Positions 19,488 to 28,423 of a stretch of 63,920 bases of DNA are shown piece after piece. Source of the DNA: an uncultured bacterium (GTDB lineage: Bacteria > Lernaellota > Lernaellaia > Lernaellales > Lernaellaceae). Within the stretch, counting starts at the first letter, position 1; each line of letters begins with the position of its first letter. The position numbers and the translations under genes are program-made. The notes below the pieces were generated by a model. That model ran no database searches. It was not told where the DNA came from and saw only the letters and a list, made by a program, of their open reading frames with translations. The DNA lies in NCBI GenBank assembly GCA_964534375.1, contig CAZHPN010000008.1, positions 1-63,920 on the forward strand, given 5' to 3'.

Positions 19488-20331
19488 GGCCTTCCGTGCG
19501 TCGGATTATCCATCGGAAGCAACGGCCTTTGTGCGGGCCACCTGCCTCGAGGTCGCTGCCGCGCTCGGCGCTTTGATGGAAAACCTCGTCGTGGTCGGCG
19601 GGCTCGTACCCACTTTCTTGATCGACCAAGATGAGATTGACGACCCGGCAGACCAATATCCGGGAACAACTGACCTGGACATAGCTCTTACGTTCGGTAT
19701 ACCAGACCGCGACCGTCAATCAGAAATTGCTTCGCGGTTGCGCAGCGCAGGATTTTCGCCGCAATTGAATTCAGATGGAAGACTTGCCGGCCATCGATGG
19801 GAATTCCCGGGTCTCGGCCGCGTCAGGGTGGACTTCCTGATTCCGCCTCCCCATCCTGGCGACCGAACGACAGAGTTGATTCGGCTCGGCGACGATTTTG
19901 CCGCCCAAGTGACGGATGGACTCGATTTGGCGTTCCGGGACACGGTCCGCACGCGAATTGCCGGAAAGACGTTCGCGGGCGCCGATGCTTCGTTCGACAT
20001 CATCGTTTGCGGCCCCGGCGCGTTCGTCGTGCTCAAGGCGCTGGCGTTTCGCGGTCGCGGGGAAAACAAAGACGCCCATGATCTGTATTATGTTGTTCGA
20101 CATTTCGGCGCTGGCGCCGGCGACGTAGCCGACCGCCTGCGTCCCCTTTTGCCGGACGCCAACGCCCAACGGGCCATCCAAATTCTGCGCGATGATTTCA
20201 CCGACTATGACGGCCGCGGCCCGCTCGCCGTCGCCAGATTCACTCGCGGCGGTCCTGACGAAGACGTTCAAGCCGACGTGGTCGGCTTTGTCGGAGAATT
20301 TCTCCGCCAGATATCGAATTCGTCGACCTAG
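19477..20331 (+). CDS. Nucleotidyltransferase-fold protein (AbiEii-like type IV toxin)
   Basis: Overlaps the upstream gene; VVVGGLVP, GTTDLD, VDFL, LKALA-RGR-ENKDAHDL. Confidence 0.72.
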   Translation: MTNKAFRASDYPSEATAFVRATCLEVAAALGALMENLVVVGGLVPTFLIDQDEIDDPADQYPGTTDLDIALTFGIPDRDRQSEIASRLRSAGFSPQLNSDGRLAGHRWEFPGLGRVRVDFLIPPPHPGDRTTELIRLGDDFAAQVTDGLDLAFRDTVRTRIAGKTFAGADASFDIIVCGPGAFVVLKALAFRGRGENKDAHDLYYVVRHFGAGAGDVADRLRPLLPDANAQRAIQILRDDFTDYDGRGPLAVARFTRGGPDEDVQADVVGFVGEFLRQISNSST

Positions 20332-21077
20332 GATTTTTCGTGCGGCAGGAAATCCGGCTTGACGCGATGCAGCGCCAGAAATGCCGCCTCGCGGGCGCCG
20401 GGGAAACGGCGCTCCATTTCGGTCAGCAGGTCGAGCGCGTCCTGCCGGCGGGTCTTGCCGTCGAGCGGGCAACCGGAGGCGACGACGGGAAACTGCTGCT
20501 GGCGGTGCAATTTGACGAGGCGGTCTTTGGGCATGGCGTACAGCGGCCGGATCAGCACGAGGCGGCCGTCGAACACCGGCTGCCGCGGCGTCAACGCGCT
20601 GAGTTCGCGGTTTTCCAGCAGGTTCATGATGAACGACGACAGGGCGTCGTCGCGATGGTGCCCGGTGACGATGCGCGCGATGGCTTGCCCGTCCGCCATT
20701 TCGAACAGCGCCTGCCGCCGATGGCGGGCGCACAGAAAGCACGGCCGCTTCGTTTGGGCGGCGATCGCCTCCGGCCCGATCGGCGTGCGGCGCACGGTCA
20801 GCGCGACGCCCGCCGCGGCGCAGCCGCCGGTCAGCGCGGCCACGCGCGCCTCGCCGTCGGGAAAGCCGAGTTCGACGTGAAGCGCCTGCAACTCGATATC
20901 GAGCCGGCCCCTGTCGCGCAACTCGGCCAGCAACGCGAGCGCCGCCCAGGAGTCGACGCCGCCGGAAACCGCCACCCCGACCTTCGCGCCCGGTTCGAGC
21001 AGGTCGTAGCGCGCGATCGCGTCGAGCGTCTCGTCCGCCATTTCGCCGACGAGTGAGGTGGTCCGCAGCAGGCCCAT
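20328..21077 (-). CDS. ttcA: TtcA-family tRNA 2-thiocytidine biosynthesis PP-loop ATPase
   Basis: VAVSGGVDS, PCFLCARHRR, GHHRDD, LIRPL; start codon uncertain. Confidence 0.8.
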   Translation of the reverse strand: MGLLRTTSLVGEMADETLDAIARYDLLEPGAKVGVAVSGGVDSWAALALLAELRDRGRLDIELQALHVELGFPDGEARVAALTGGCAAAGVALTVRRTPIGPEAIAAQTKRPCFLCARHRRQALFEMADGQAIARIVTGHHRDDALSSFIMNLLENRELSALTPRQPVFDGRLVLIRPLYAMPKDRLVKLHRQQQFPVVASGCPLDGKTRRQDALDLLTEMERRFPGAREAAFLALHRVKPDFLPHEKS

Positions 21078-21084
21078 GGCGCGG

Positions 21085-22428
21085 TCAAGCGGTCGCGGCG
21101 GTTGCGGGCGACGTGCAGCGCTGCCGCAGGCGAACACGGATCGTCGGATAGACAAACGCGAACGCCAGGCTGGCGCCGTACGAGCCGTAGAAGAAAAGCT
21201 CGGCCGTTTTCGCGGCCCCGCCGAGCATCATGGCGAACGCCAGGCTGGCGGCCATGAAGGCCAGCGCGCCGCCGACGAAGTGCGGCCGGGCGCTGAGCCT
21301 ATCGCGCCAGCGGGCGAGCGGCGGCACGAGCAGCAGCGTCAGCCCGAGCACGATCGCGGCCCGCAGATAGGGGTTGATCATGACGCCCGCCGGCCCGAGA
21401 TGTCCGAACAGCAGCGTTGTCGAGATCAGGAACCAGTGCAGGATCAGGAAGAGGAAGCTCTCTTTGCCCGAGTTTTCCAGTTGGCCCGCGACCCAGCGCG
21501 CGGCCGGGCGGCGGTAGTTGACCGCGCCGCGATACAGCGCCCGCGACGCCAGATACAGCAGGCCGGCGATGCCCGTCGTCGACAGCACGTAGCTGGGGAA
21601 GCCGCGCAGCATCATGTCGAAGAGCGTGGGCAGCAGCAGCGCGCCGAAGAACGAGCGGCCCGTGCCGGCCATCATCGTGTGGAACCATGCGAACGGGCCG
21701 CCGACCAACAAAACGGCGAAAAACGCCCACCACGGCCAGGACTTGTTTTTCCGCACGGCGACGCTGCGGTAGCACAACGCCCCGACGTAGAACAGATCGA
21801 CCCACGGCAGCGGGCCGTATTGGAAAGTCAGCCAGCGCACGAGCCGCGGCGTCTGCGCCGATAGCGCCATAAGCGCCTCGCGCAAACCCGGATGCAGCAA
21901 ATCCGACGACAGTGGAATAAGCGCGCGCAGATGCCGAAACTCGGCCAACTCCGGCGCGCTTTCGATCCGCAGCCGGAACCCGAGTTCGGGCACTAGGAAA
22001 ACCGCCCCGGCGATCAGCCAGTGCGCCCACATCGGCAGCCGCGTTCGCATTAGCAGGAAGGTGAACACGGTGCCGCAGGCCACGCATTGGAAGATGTCCA
22101 TCATCCCCCAACTGCCGCGATTGATGTTGTACGTGAACCCGAGCGCAAACAGCACCGCCGCCGCCGAGAGGTAGAACTTCACCGTTTGAAAGCCGGCCTT
22201 GTTGCGGTTGTTCTCGACGAACGTGACCACGTTCATGCCCGAAACGAAGAAGAAGATCGGCGCCGAGAAGTCCATCACGTGCAGGATGAGTTTGCCGGCG
22301 AGCTCCGGCGCGGGCATCCGCGACCGCACCGTGTGGCCGATCAACATCAAAACGCAGGCCAACCCCTTGAGCATGTCGATTTCGTGAAAACGCGGGCCTG
22401 TTTTCGCCAAGATAGTCTCCTTCGACAA
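21085..22428 (-). CDS. Membrane acyltransferase-like protein (DUF1624/HGSNAT-type)
   Basis: RFHEIDMLKGLACVLMLIGH, APIFFFVSG, many TM helices. Confidence 0.75.
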   Translation of the reverse strand: MSKETILAKTGPRFHEIDMLKGLACVLMLIGHTVRSRMPAPELAGKLILHVMDFSAPIFFFVSGMNVVTFVENNRNKAGFQTVKFYLSAAAVLFALGFTYNINRGSWGMMDIFQCVACGTVFTFLLMRTRLPMWAHWLIAGAVFLVPELGFRLRIESAPELAEFRHLRALIPLSSDLLHPGLREALMALSAQTPRLVRWLTFQYGPLPWVDLFYVGALCYRSVAVRKNKSWPWWAFFAVLLVGGPFAWFHTMMAGTGRSFFGALLLPTLFDMMLRGFPSYVLSTTGIAGLLYLASRALYRGAVNYRRPAARWVAGQLENSGKESFLFLILHWFLISTTLLFGHLGPAGVMINPYLRAAIVLGLTLLLVPPLARWRDRLSARPHFVGGALAFMAASLAFAMMLGGAAKTAELFFYGSYGASLAFAFVYPTIRVRLRQRCTSPATAATA

Positions 22429-22480
22429 TTCGACCGGCCCTCGATCCCTGGCGAACCTTAACCCAAAAATTGGCCGCGAG

Positions 22481-22563
22481 ACAGTGGCCGGCGAGCAGCG
22501 AACAGCGAACAGCGAACAGCGAGCACCGGCCGAAGCAGTGGCCAGTGGTCAGTGGTCAGTTGC
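22481..22563. repeat. Heptamer tandem repeats (CAGCGAA)n and (CAGTGGY)n
   Basis: CAGCGAA x3; CAGTGGC CAGTGGT CAGTGGT CAGTTGC; related tracts at 30369, 56901 and 57433. Confidence 0.75.
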
Positions 22564-22688
22564 CGGCAAGCCCGGCCTCGTGCAACCGCTTCTGCCGATG
22601 TGGCGCAGCCGCATTCCCGCAAAAAAATTGCTATTCTCGGCAATCAACCGTTAACCTCGCGCGTCAATTGAGTAGGAAGGCGGACGAC

Positions 22689-23216
22689 GTGAACGAGCAC
22701 GGGCCGAAAACGATCGACGAGTTTCGCGAGATTTTCGAAGCGATGCAGCCGCGCCTGCTGGGCACGGCGCGCCGCATCCTGCGGGACGAAGCCGACGCCG
22801 AGGACATCATCCAGGACGTGGCGTTGACGGCGCTGTCGTCGCCGCATTTGTTCGCGGAGGTCGAGAACCTGGCGGGCTGGCTGGTCACCGTGGTCTTCCG
22901 GCGCAGCATCGACCTCTGGCGCAAGCTCGCGCGGCGGCGCGCGGGCGACGGGGATTTCGCGGAGCAGTCGGCGAACGACGCGGACGACGCCGAGGCGCGG
23001 CGCGCAGAAGCGGAAATGCTAGCCGCGGTCGCCGAGGCGATTCGGGCGCTGCCGGCGGAACTGCGGTTCGCCTTCGAGGGCAATGCGATCCGAGGCAAGA
23101 CGTTCCAACAACTGGCCGAGGACAGCGGGACGCCGCCCGGCACGTTGATGGCGCGAAAGAAACGGGCGCTGGCGCAAATCCGGCAGACGCTGCGGGAACG
23201 CGGCGTGCTGGATTGA
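22689..23216 (+). CDS. ECF RNA polymerase sigma factor
   Basis: AGGAAGG RBS + GTG; DAEDIIQDV, AGWLVTV-FRRSID-WRK, TFQQLA...GTLMARKKRA. Confidence 0.88.
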   Translation: MNEHGPKTIDEFREIFEAMQPRLLGTARRILRDEADAEDIIQDVALTALSSPHLFAEVENLAGWLVTVVFRRSIDLWRKLARRRAGDGDFAEQSANDADDAEARRAEAEMLAAVAEAIRALPAELRFAFEGNAIRGKTFQQLAEDSGTPPGTLMARKKRALAQIRQTLRERGVLD

Positions 23217-23250
23217 GGGCGCCGTCGCCAACGAAGAAGGAGAAGCGAAA

Positions 23251-23613
23251 ATGAGACATCCGCGAGGGGCGAGAATTGTGGGCGGGATCTTCGCCGGGCT
23301 GGGCTTCGCCGCGGTCATCGGGCTCGTGCTGGGCCTGATCGTCAAATGGCTGTGGAACGCGGTGATGCCGGGCATATTCGGCTTGCCGTTGATCGGCTAC
23401 TGGCAGGCGGTCGGGCTGTTCCTGCTGGCGCACCTGCTGCTGAAGAGTCCAGGCCACCACGGACGACATCACTTCCATGGCTATCGCGGTCATGGTGAAA
23501 TGTGCGCGCCGCACGGCCATTCGCGGCGCGAGATGGCCGCGAAGATGAGCGAATGGCTGAACTGCGAAGAGAAGACGGCGACCGAGGGCCCCGAAGAGCC
23601 GAAGGGCGCGTGA
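23251..23613 (+). CDS. Small membrane protein downstream of the ECF sigma, His-rich C-terminal part
   Basis: AAGGAG RBS; KWLWNAVMPGIFGLPLIGYWQAVGLFLL. Confidence 0.75.
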   Translation: MRHPRGARIVGGIFAGLGFAAVIGLVLGLIVKWLWNAVMPGIFGLPLIGYWQAVGLFLLAHLLLKSPGHHGRHHFHGYRGHGEMCAPHGHSRREMAAKMSEWLNCEEKTATEGPEEPKGA

Positions 23614-23634
23614 GCCGCCGGAACGGAGGACCAC

Positions 23635-24297
23635 ATGGTGCGAGCGCGTGTGCCGGAGATCGAAGGCGTGCTGGGCGAACTGAACGTGCGCATCTACGAC
23701 CGGATGCAGCGGCGGCTGCGCGACAAGGGCTGGCTCGAGACCAAAGCGATCATCGCCGCCGGGATCGACCACGGCCTCGCGCTCGAAATCGGGCCGGGGC
23801 CGGGTTATCTCGGCCTCGAATGGCTCAAAAGGACGCGCGACACGCAACTGCGCGCGGCCGAGCTCAGCGCCGATATGATCCCCATCGCCGAGGCGAATGC
23901 GCGCGAGTACGGCCTGGCCGAACGCGTGCGCTACGTGCAGGCCAACGCGCAGCAGCTTCCGTTCGACGACGGCGCATTCGACGCCGTCTTCACCAACGGC
24001 TCGCTGCACGAATGGTCGGCGCCGGGGCAAATCTTCGGCGAGATCCGGCGCGCGCTCAAACCCGGCGGCCGCTTCTTCGTCAGCGATCTGCGGCGGGACA
24101 TGCGGCTGCCGGTGCGCTGGTTTCTCTATTCGCTGGCCAAACCGAAAGAAATTCGCCCGGGGCTGATCGCCTCGCTCAACGCCGCGTACACCGCCGCGGA
24201 GGCCGAGACGCTCGTGACGCGCTCGGGCCTGCGCGTGACGCGCGCGACGAGCAACCCGATGGGGTTCGAGATCGTCGGGGAGAAAGCGATTGAATAA
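23635..24297 (+). CDS. Class I SAM-dependent methyltransferase
   Basis: GGAGG RBS; LEIGPGPG, LPFDDGAFD, LKPGG. Confidence 0.9.
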   Translation: MVRARVPEIEGVLGELNVRIYDRMQRRLRDKGWLETKAIIAAGIDHGLALEIGPGPGYLGLEWLKRTRDTQLRAAELSADMIPIAEANAREYGLAERVRYVQANAQQLPFDDGAFDAVFTNGSLHEWSAPGQIFGEIRRALKPGGRFFVSDLRRDMRLPVRWFLYSLAKPKEIRPGLIASLNAAYTAAEAETLVTRSGLRVTRATSNPMGFEIVGEKAIE

Positions 24298-24386
24298 TCA
24301 CCACAGAGGCAAAGAGGGCACAGAGCCGCACAGAGAAATCAATATTTAGATCCGCTGTGTTCCTCTGCGCTCTCTGTGCCTCCGTG
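24298..24386. repeat. Intergenic palindromic repeat, family A (CACAGAG...CTCTGTG)
   Basis: Inverted arms; 24-nt CTCTGCGCTCTCTGTGCCTCCGTG is identical to 28391-28414. Confidence 0.8.
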
Positions 24387-24441
24387 CTTCAAATCCAAAA
24401 ACTTTCCGCACGGAGCGAAGAACTTCGAGGAGACCGTTGCC

Positions 24442-25017
24442 ATGAAAATGACCCCGATCGAAAAGCATTTCGTGAATCATCCGGAGCATACGGCGCGCGT
24501 CGCGCAACGGGCGCAAAAATTGCTCGAGCGCATTGATGTCCAAGGCGCGCGGCGGTATTTGGACGTCGGCTGCGGCGTCGGGGCGACGGCCTGCGAAATC
24601 GCCGAGAAATACGGCTGGGACGTCACCGGCGTCGACGTCGATCCGAAGCAGATCGCCGCCGCGCAGGTCCGCGAGGCGAGCCCGCGCCCGCGCTTCCTGG
24701 TGATGGACGCGACGAACCTGAAGTTTCCGGACGCCGAGTTCGACGTGGTCGCCGCCGCGATGGTCACGCACCACCTGCACGAATGGGAGCGCGCCGTCGG
24801 CGAAATGATCCGCGTGCTGCGCCCCGGCGGCTGGCTGATTTACACCGATATGATATTCCCGGATTGGTTCGCGGCGGTCGGCCGCCGCGTCATCCCGTTC
24901 GTCGGATTGCCGTCGCGGAAACGGCTCGAGTCGCTCGCCGCGGCGGCCGGCCTGACCAAGATGTACGAGTCCGGCGCAGGGCTGCGATGCGATTGCATCT
25001 GGCGGCGGGGCAAATGA
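24442..25017 (+). CDS. Class I SAM-dependent methyltransferase
   Basis: GAGGAG RBS; LDVGCGVG, FPDAEFD, RVLRPGG. Confidence 0.9.
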   Translation: MKMTPIEKHFVNHPEHTARVAQRAQKLLERIDVQGARRYLDVGCGVGATACEIAEKYGWDVTGVDVDPKQIAAAQVREASPRPRFLVMDATNLKFPDAEFDVVAAAMVTHHLHEWERAVGEMIRVLRPGGWLIYTDMIFPDWFAAVGRRVIPFVGLPSRKRLESLAAAAGLTKMYESGAGLRCDCIWRRGK

Positions 25018-25032
25018 CGCGGCCGCCGCCGA

Positions 25033-25130
25033 CGTAGGGGCGAACCCAGCGTTCGCCCGCAACGCGGGGCGATGGCAAGCATCGCCCCTGCACGGCCGGA
25101 ACGCAGCGCGATGGCGAGCATCGCCCCTGC
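25033..25130. repeat. GTAG-type REP cluster
   Basis: GTAGGGGCGAACCCAGCGTTCGCCC facing two copies of GCGATG---GCATCGCCCCTGC, between convergent genes. Confidence 0.75.
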
Positions 25131-25150
25131 GCGGACGGGACGGCCAAGAA

Positions 25151-26011
25151 CTATCGGTCTTCCGCCAACCGCCCGAGTCGCGCCAGATGCGCGGCGAGGC
25201 CGTCGCGCCAGGGCGGCATGACGAAGCCCGTCGCGGCGACGAACGATGTCATATCCAAGCGGCTGTTGGCTGGGCGCGGCGCGGGACGGGCGAGCTCGTC
25301 CGAAGAAATCGGCGTCAGCGGATGGCCGCGGCGGCCGGTCAGTTCGCAAATCGCGTGGGCGAGGCCGAACCAAGTGCATGCGCCGCCGGCGGTCGCGTGG
25401 TGCACGCCGCGCAGGTCGGCGGCGATGGCGGCGGCGACGGCTTGCGCGAAATGGGCCGTATACGTCGGCGCGCCGACCTGATCGTCGACGACGCGCAGCG
25501 GGCGACCGGCGTCGAGTTGGCGCAGGATCGCCGCCACGAAATTCGGGCCGTGGGGGCCGTGCAGCCAGGCCGTGCGCAGAATCGCCGTCGCGCCGCCGGC
25601 CGCGAGCGCGGCGCGTTCGCCGGCGAGCTTCGTGCGGCCGTACGCCGAAACCGGCCCGGTCGGATCGGCCGGCAAATACGGCTCCGCTTTGCGGCCGTCG
25701 AAGACGTAATCGGTCGAAATGTGCAGCAGCCGCACGCCCGCGGCGGCGCACGCCTCGGCCAAACAGCGAACGGCCGTCGCGTTTGCCGCGGCGGCTTTCT
25801 CGGGTTCGTCCTCGGCGCTATCGACGGCGGTGTAGGCCGCGCAATTGACGACCCAATCGGGGCGATGCGTCGCCAGCAGGCGCGGCGCGGTCGCCGGGTC
25901 GGCCAGGTCGCCGTCCGGACGATCGACGCCGGCTACGGCCTCGTGCGCGGCCAACGCCGGAACCAGATCGCGGCCCAACATGCCGGCGGCGCCGGTGATG
26001 AGGATTTTCAT
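25151..26011 (-). CDS. rfbD: dTDP-4-dehydrorhamnose reductase
   Basis: GAAGMLG, NCAAYTAVD, STDYVFDG, YGRTK, VDDQVGAPT, RPANSRL. Confidence 0.95.
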   Translation of the reverse strand: MKILITGAAGMLGRDLVPALAAHEAVAGVDRPDGDLADPATAPRLLATHRPDWVVNCAAYTAVDSAEDEPEKAAAANATAVRCLAEACAAAGVRLLHISTDYVFDGRKAEPYLPADPTGPVSAYGRTKLAGERAALAAGGATAILRTAWLHGPHGPNFVAAILRQLDAGRPLRVVDDQVGAPTYTAHFAQAVAAAIAADLRGVHHATAGGACTWFGLAHAICELTGRRGHPLTPISSDELARPAPRPANSRLDMTSFVAATGFVMPPWRDGLAAHLARLGRLAEDR

Positions 26012-26038
26012 GCGCCCTGCCCCGCCCCCGCGGCGCGG

Positions 26039-26836
26039 TCACTTCACCAGGTCGTGCTCGTTGAGGATCTCGGCGACTTCTTCGGAGTAGAAGCCTTCCA
26101 TGTTGTAGACGTGCAGCGGCCGCACGACTTTCAATTCGACGCCGGCGTCGCGAATCGCTTCGAGCATCGCCAGCTTGGAGCCGCCCGCGGCGTTGGCGTG
26201 GATGAACCGCAGCCGGCGCGGTTCGAGTTTGTGCTCGCGGCATTGGCAAATCAGGTCGATCAGCCGATAGGTCGGATAGATGAAATAGGCGCGGCCGTGC
26301 GACTTGAGCAGGTAGCGCGCCGCGCGGACGACATCGGCGAGCGTCACCAGCACCTCGTGCCGCGCGAGGGCCTTGGCGTCGTTCGGGTTGACCGTGCCCT
26401 TGCCGACCGGCAGATAAGGCGGATTGGATATCACAATATCGAAGGAATCGGCGGCGAACTCCTCGCCGATTTTGCGGATATCGCCGCGGAGGATCGCGAT
26501 CTTGTCTTTCATCCGGTTCGCGGCGACGCTGCGTTCGGCCATGTCGGCGATGTTTTCCTGCAACTCCAGGCCGACGAATGCGGTGTCGAGCGCGCGCAGG
26601 CGATTGGCCAGCACGAGCGGCATCACGCCGCTGCCGGTGCCCAGGTCGATGACCTTGTCGCCGTTTTTCAACTCGATGAACGACGTCAGCAGCAGCGGAT
26701 CGACGCTGAAGTGGTAGCCGTCTTTCTTTTGCAGGATCACCAACTCGCCGTGCAGCAGATCCTGCAGTTCCTCGTCGGCGTGCACGGGCACATCGAGCGC
26801 TTTTTCGGATTCGCGGCCGTTTCGTTCTTCGGTCAT
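26039..26836 (-). CDS. tRNA1(Val) (adenine37-N6)-methyltransferase family
   Basis: GYHFSVDPLLL, DLGTGSG, SNPPY, ARHE. Confidence 0.88.
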   Translation of the reverse strand: MTEERNGRESEKALDVPVHADEELQDLLHGELVILQKKDGYHFSVDPLLLTSFIELKNGDKVIDLGTGSGVMPLVLANRLRALDTAFVGLELQENIADMAERSVAANRMKDKIAILRGDIRKIGEEFAADSFDIVISNPPYLPVGKGTVNPNDAKALARHEVLVTLADVVRAARYLLKSHGRAYFIYPTYRLIDLICQCREHKLEPRRLRFIHANAAGGSKLAMLEAIRDAGVELKVVRPLHVYNMEGFYSEEVAEILNEHDLVK

Positions 26837-26883
26837 GCCTGTCTCCGTCGGATCCGGCGGGCGCTGGCGCCGCCGTCCGGCTG

Positions 26884-27531
26884 CTACGGCCCGGGCGCCG
26901 CCAGGGCGACGCCGAGGACCTCCTCGATGCGAGAGCGAGCGACATCGCCGTCGCGCGCCAGGCGCGGCGGCCACGCCGTCATCAACAAGATCGTGCTGCC
27001 CCGGCTCGGCGGCAGCCGCGGCCCCTCGGCGATCGGAACCCGGTCGCCAAAATAGGCCCGCACGGCCGCCGCGTCCATCGCCGGCGGCCGGTCGCTCGGG
27101 TTGGCGCTGGTCGCCGCCAGCGCGCCGCCGGCCATCGCCGCGATGCCGCGCGCCGCGGCGCTGCCCGGCACGCGCACGCCGAGCGCGCCGGAGCCGCCGG
27201 TCAGCGGCGAACTCGCCCACGGCTCGCGGGCCGGCAGCACGAGCGTCAGCGGCCCGGGCCAGAAGGCGTCGATCAGCGTTTGGGCCGCCGGCGGCACGTC
27301 GAGCCAGAGCGAGCGCGCGACCGCCGCGTCGGCGGCGATCACAGGCAGCGGTGCGTGGGCGGCCCGGCCCTTGAGTTCGAAGATGCGCTCGATCGCCGCG
27401 GGCCGGTCGATGCGCGCGAGCAGTCCGTAGAAAGTTTCGGTTGGGAACGCGATCGCCTCGCCCGCGTCGAGGAGTTCGGCGAAGGGCCGCAGGAGGGGCG
27501 CCGGTCGCCCGGTCGCGTCGTCGGGTTGCAT
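26884..27531 (-). CDS. tsaC: L-threonylcarbamoyladenylate synthase (TsaC/Sua5/YrdC)
   Basis: FPTETFYGL, LKGR, FWPGPLTLVL, TSANPS. Confidence 0.9.
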   Translation of the reverse strand: MQPDDATGRPAPLLRPFAELLDAGEAIAFPTETFYGLLARIDRPAAIERIFELKGRAAHAPLPVIAADAAVARSLWLDVPPAAQTLIDAFWPGPLTLVLPAREPWASSPLTGGSGALGVRVPGSAAARGIAAMAGGALAATSANPSDRPPAMDAAAVRAYFGDRVPIAEGPRLPPSRGSTILLMTAWPPRLARDGDVARSRIEEVLGVALAAPGP

Positions 27532-27702
27532 ACGGCGGCTTTATATAGTGGGGGCGCGGAGCGCGCAAGCCCGACGCCACGGCCGGACCAACCGCGAATG
27601 CACGCGAATAAGAACGGAACGGCAAACGGCGGACAGGTTCAACTGGATGCGGGGGCCGTAAAAATTTCGTGCAAACGTCGAAAAAAGCCTTAGCTTGAAG
27701 CC

Positions 27703-28326
27703 ATGAAAAACGACGAAAACAAAGAGCGTTATTGGTATGCCAAGCGAGCGCTCGTGCTGGCGCCGCTTGCCATTTGCGCCGTTGCGGCGGCGTTGGTTTA
27801 TCGGCCCGCCAGCGGGCGCTCGGAGGAGCCGGCCATGGCCCAAACGGTGTACGAATTTTCGGCCAAGCGCATCGACGGCCAGACGGAATCGCTCGCGGAC
27901 TACAAGGGCAAGGTGCTTTTGATCGTGAACACCGCGAGCAAGTGCGGGTTCACGCCGCAGTATGCGGGGCTGGAGAAGCTGTACACCGAGTTCAAAGACC
28001 GCGGCTTCGTCGTGCTCGGCTTCCCGTGCAACCAGTTTGGCAAGCAGGAGCCGGGCAGCGAGCAGGAGATCGCCGCGTTTTGCACGTCGACCTACAACGT
28101 GACGTTCCCGATGTTCGCCAAGATCGACGTCAACGGCGACAACGCGCATCCGCTGTACAAGTACCTCAAATCCGACCGGCCCGGCATGCTGGGCTCCGAG
28201 GCGATCAAGTGGAATTTCACCAAGTTCCTGATCGACGCCAACGGCAAGCCGGTCAAACGGTACAGCCCGCAGACGAAGCCCGAGGACATCCGCGCCGATA
28301 TCGAAGCGTTGCTGCCGCGGAAATGA
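27703..28326 (+). CDS. Glutathione peroxidase (Cys type); alternative start at 27835
   Basis: VNTASKCGFTPQY, GFPCNQFGKQEP, KWNFTKFL. Confidence 0.93.
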   Translation: MKNDENKERYWYAKRALVLAPLAICAVAAALVYRPASGRSEEPAMAQTVYEFSAKRIDGQTESLADYKGKVLLIVNTASKCGFTPQYAGLEKLYTEFKDRGFVVLGFPCNQFGKQEPGSEQEIAAFCTSTYNVTFPMFAKIDVNGDNAHPLYKYLKSDRPGMLGSEAIKWNFTKFLIDANGKPVKRYSPQTKPEDIRADIEALLPRK

Positions 28327-28346
28327 ACCGATTTAGTGTGATATTA

Positions 28347-28417
28347 AACCACAGACGCACAGAGATCACAGAGAAAATAACAAGAAACAACTCTGCGCTC
28401 TCTGTGCCTCCGTGGTT
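28347..28417. repeat. Intergenic palindromic repeat, family A
   Basis: AACCACAGACGCACAGAG...CTCTGTGCCTCCGTGGTT between convergent gpx and purE. Confidence 0.8.
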
Positions 28418-28423
28418 GACCGC

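Noticed and set aside
27930..27960. Selenocysteine in the glutathione peroxidase
   Set aside because: The active-site codon is TGC (Cys).
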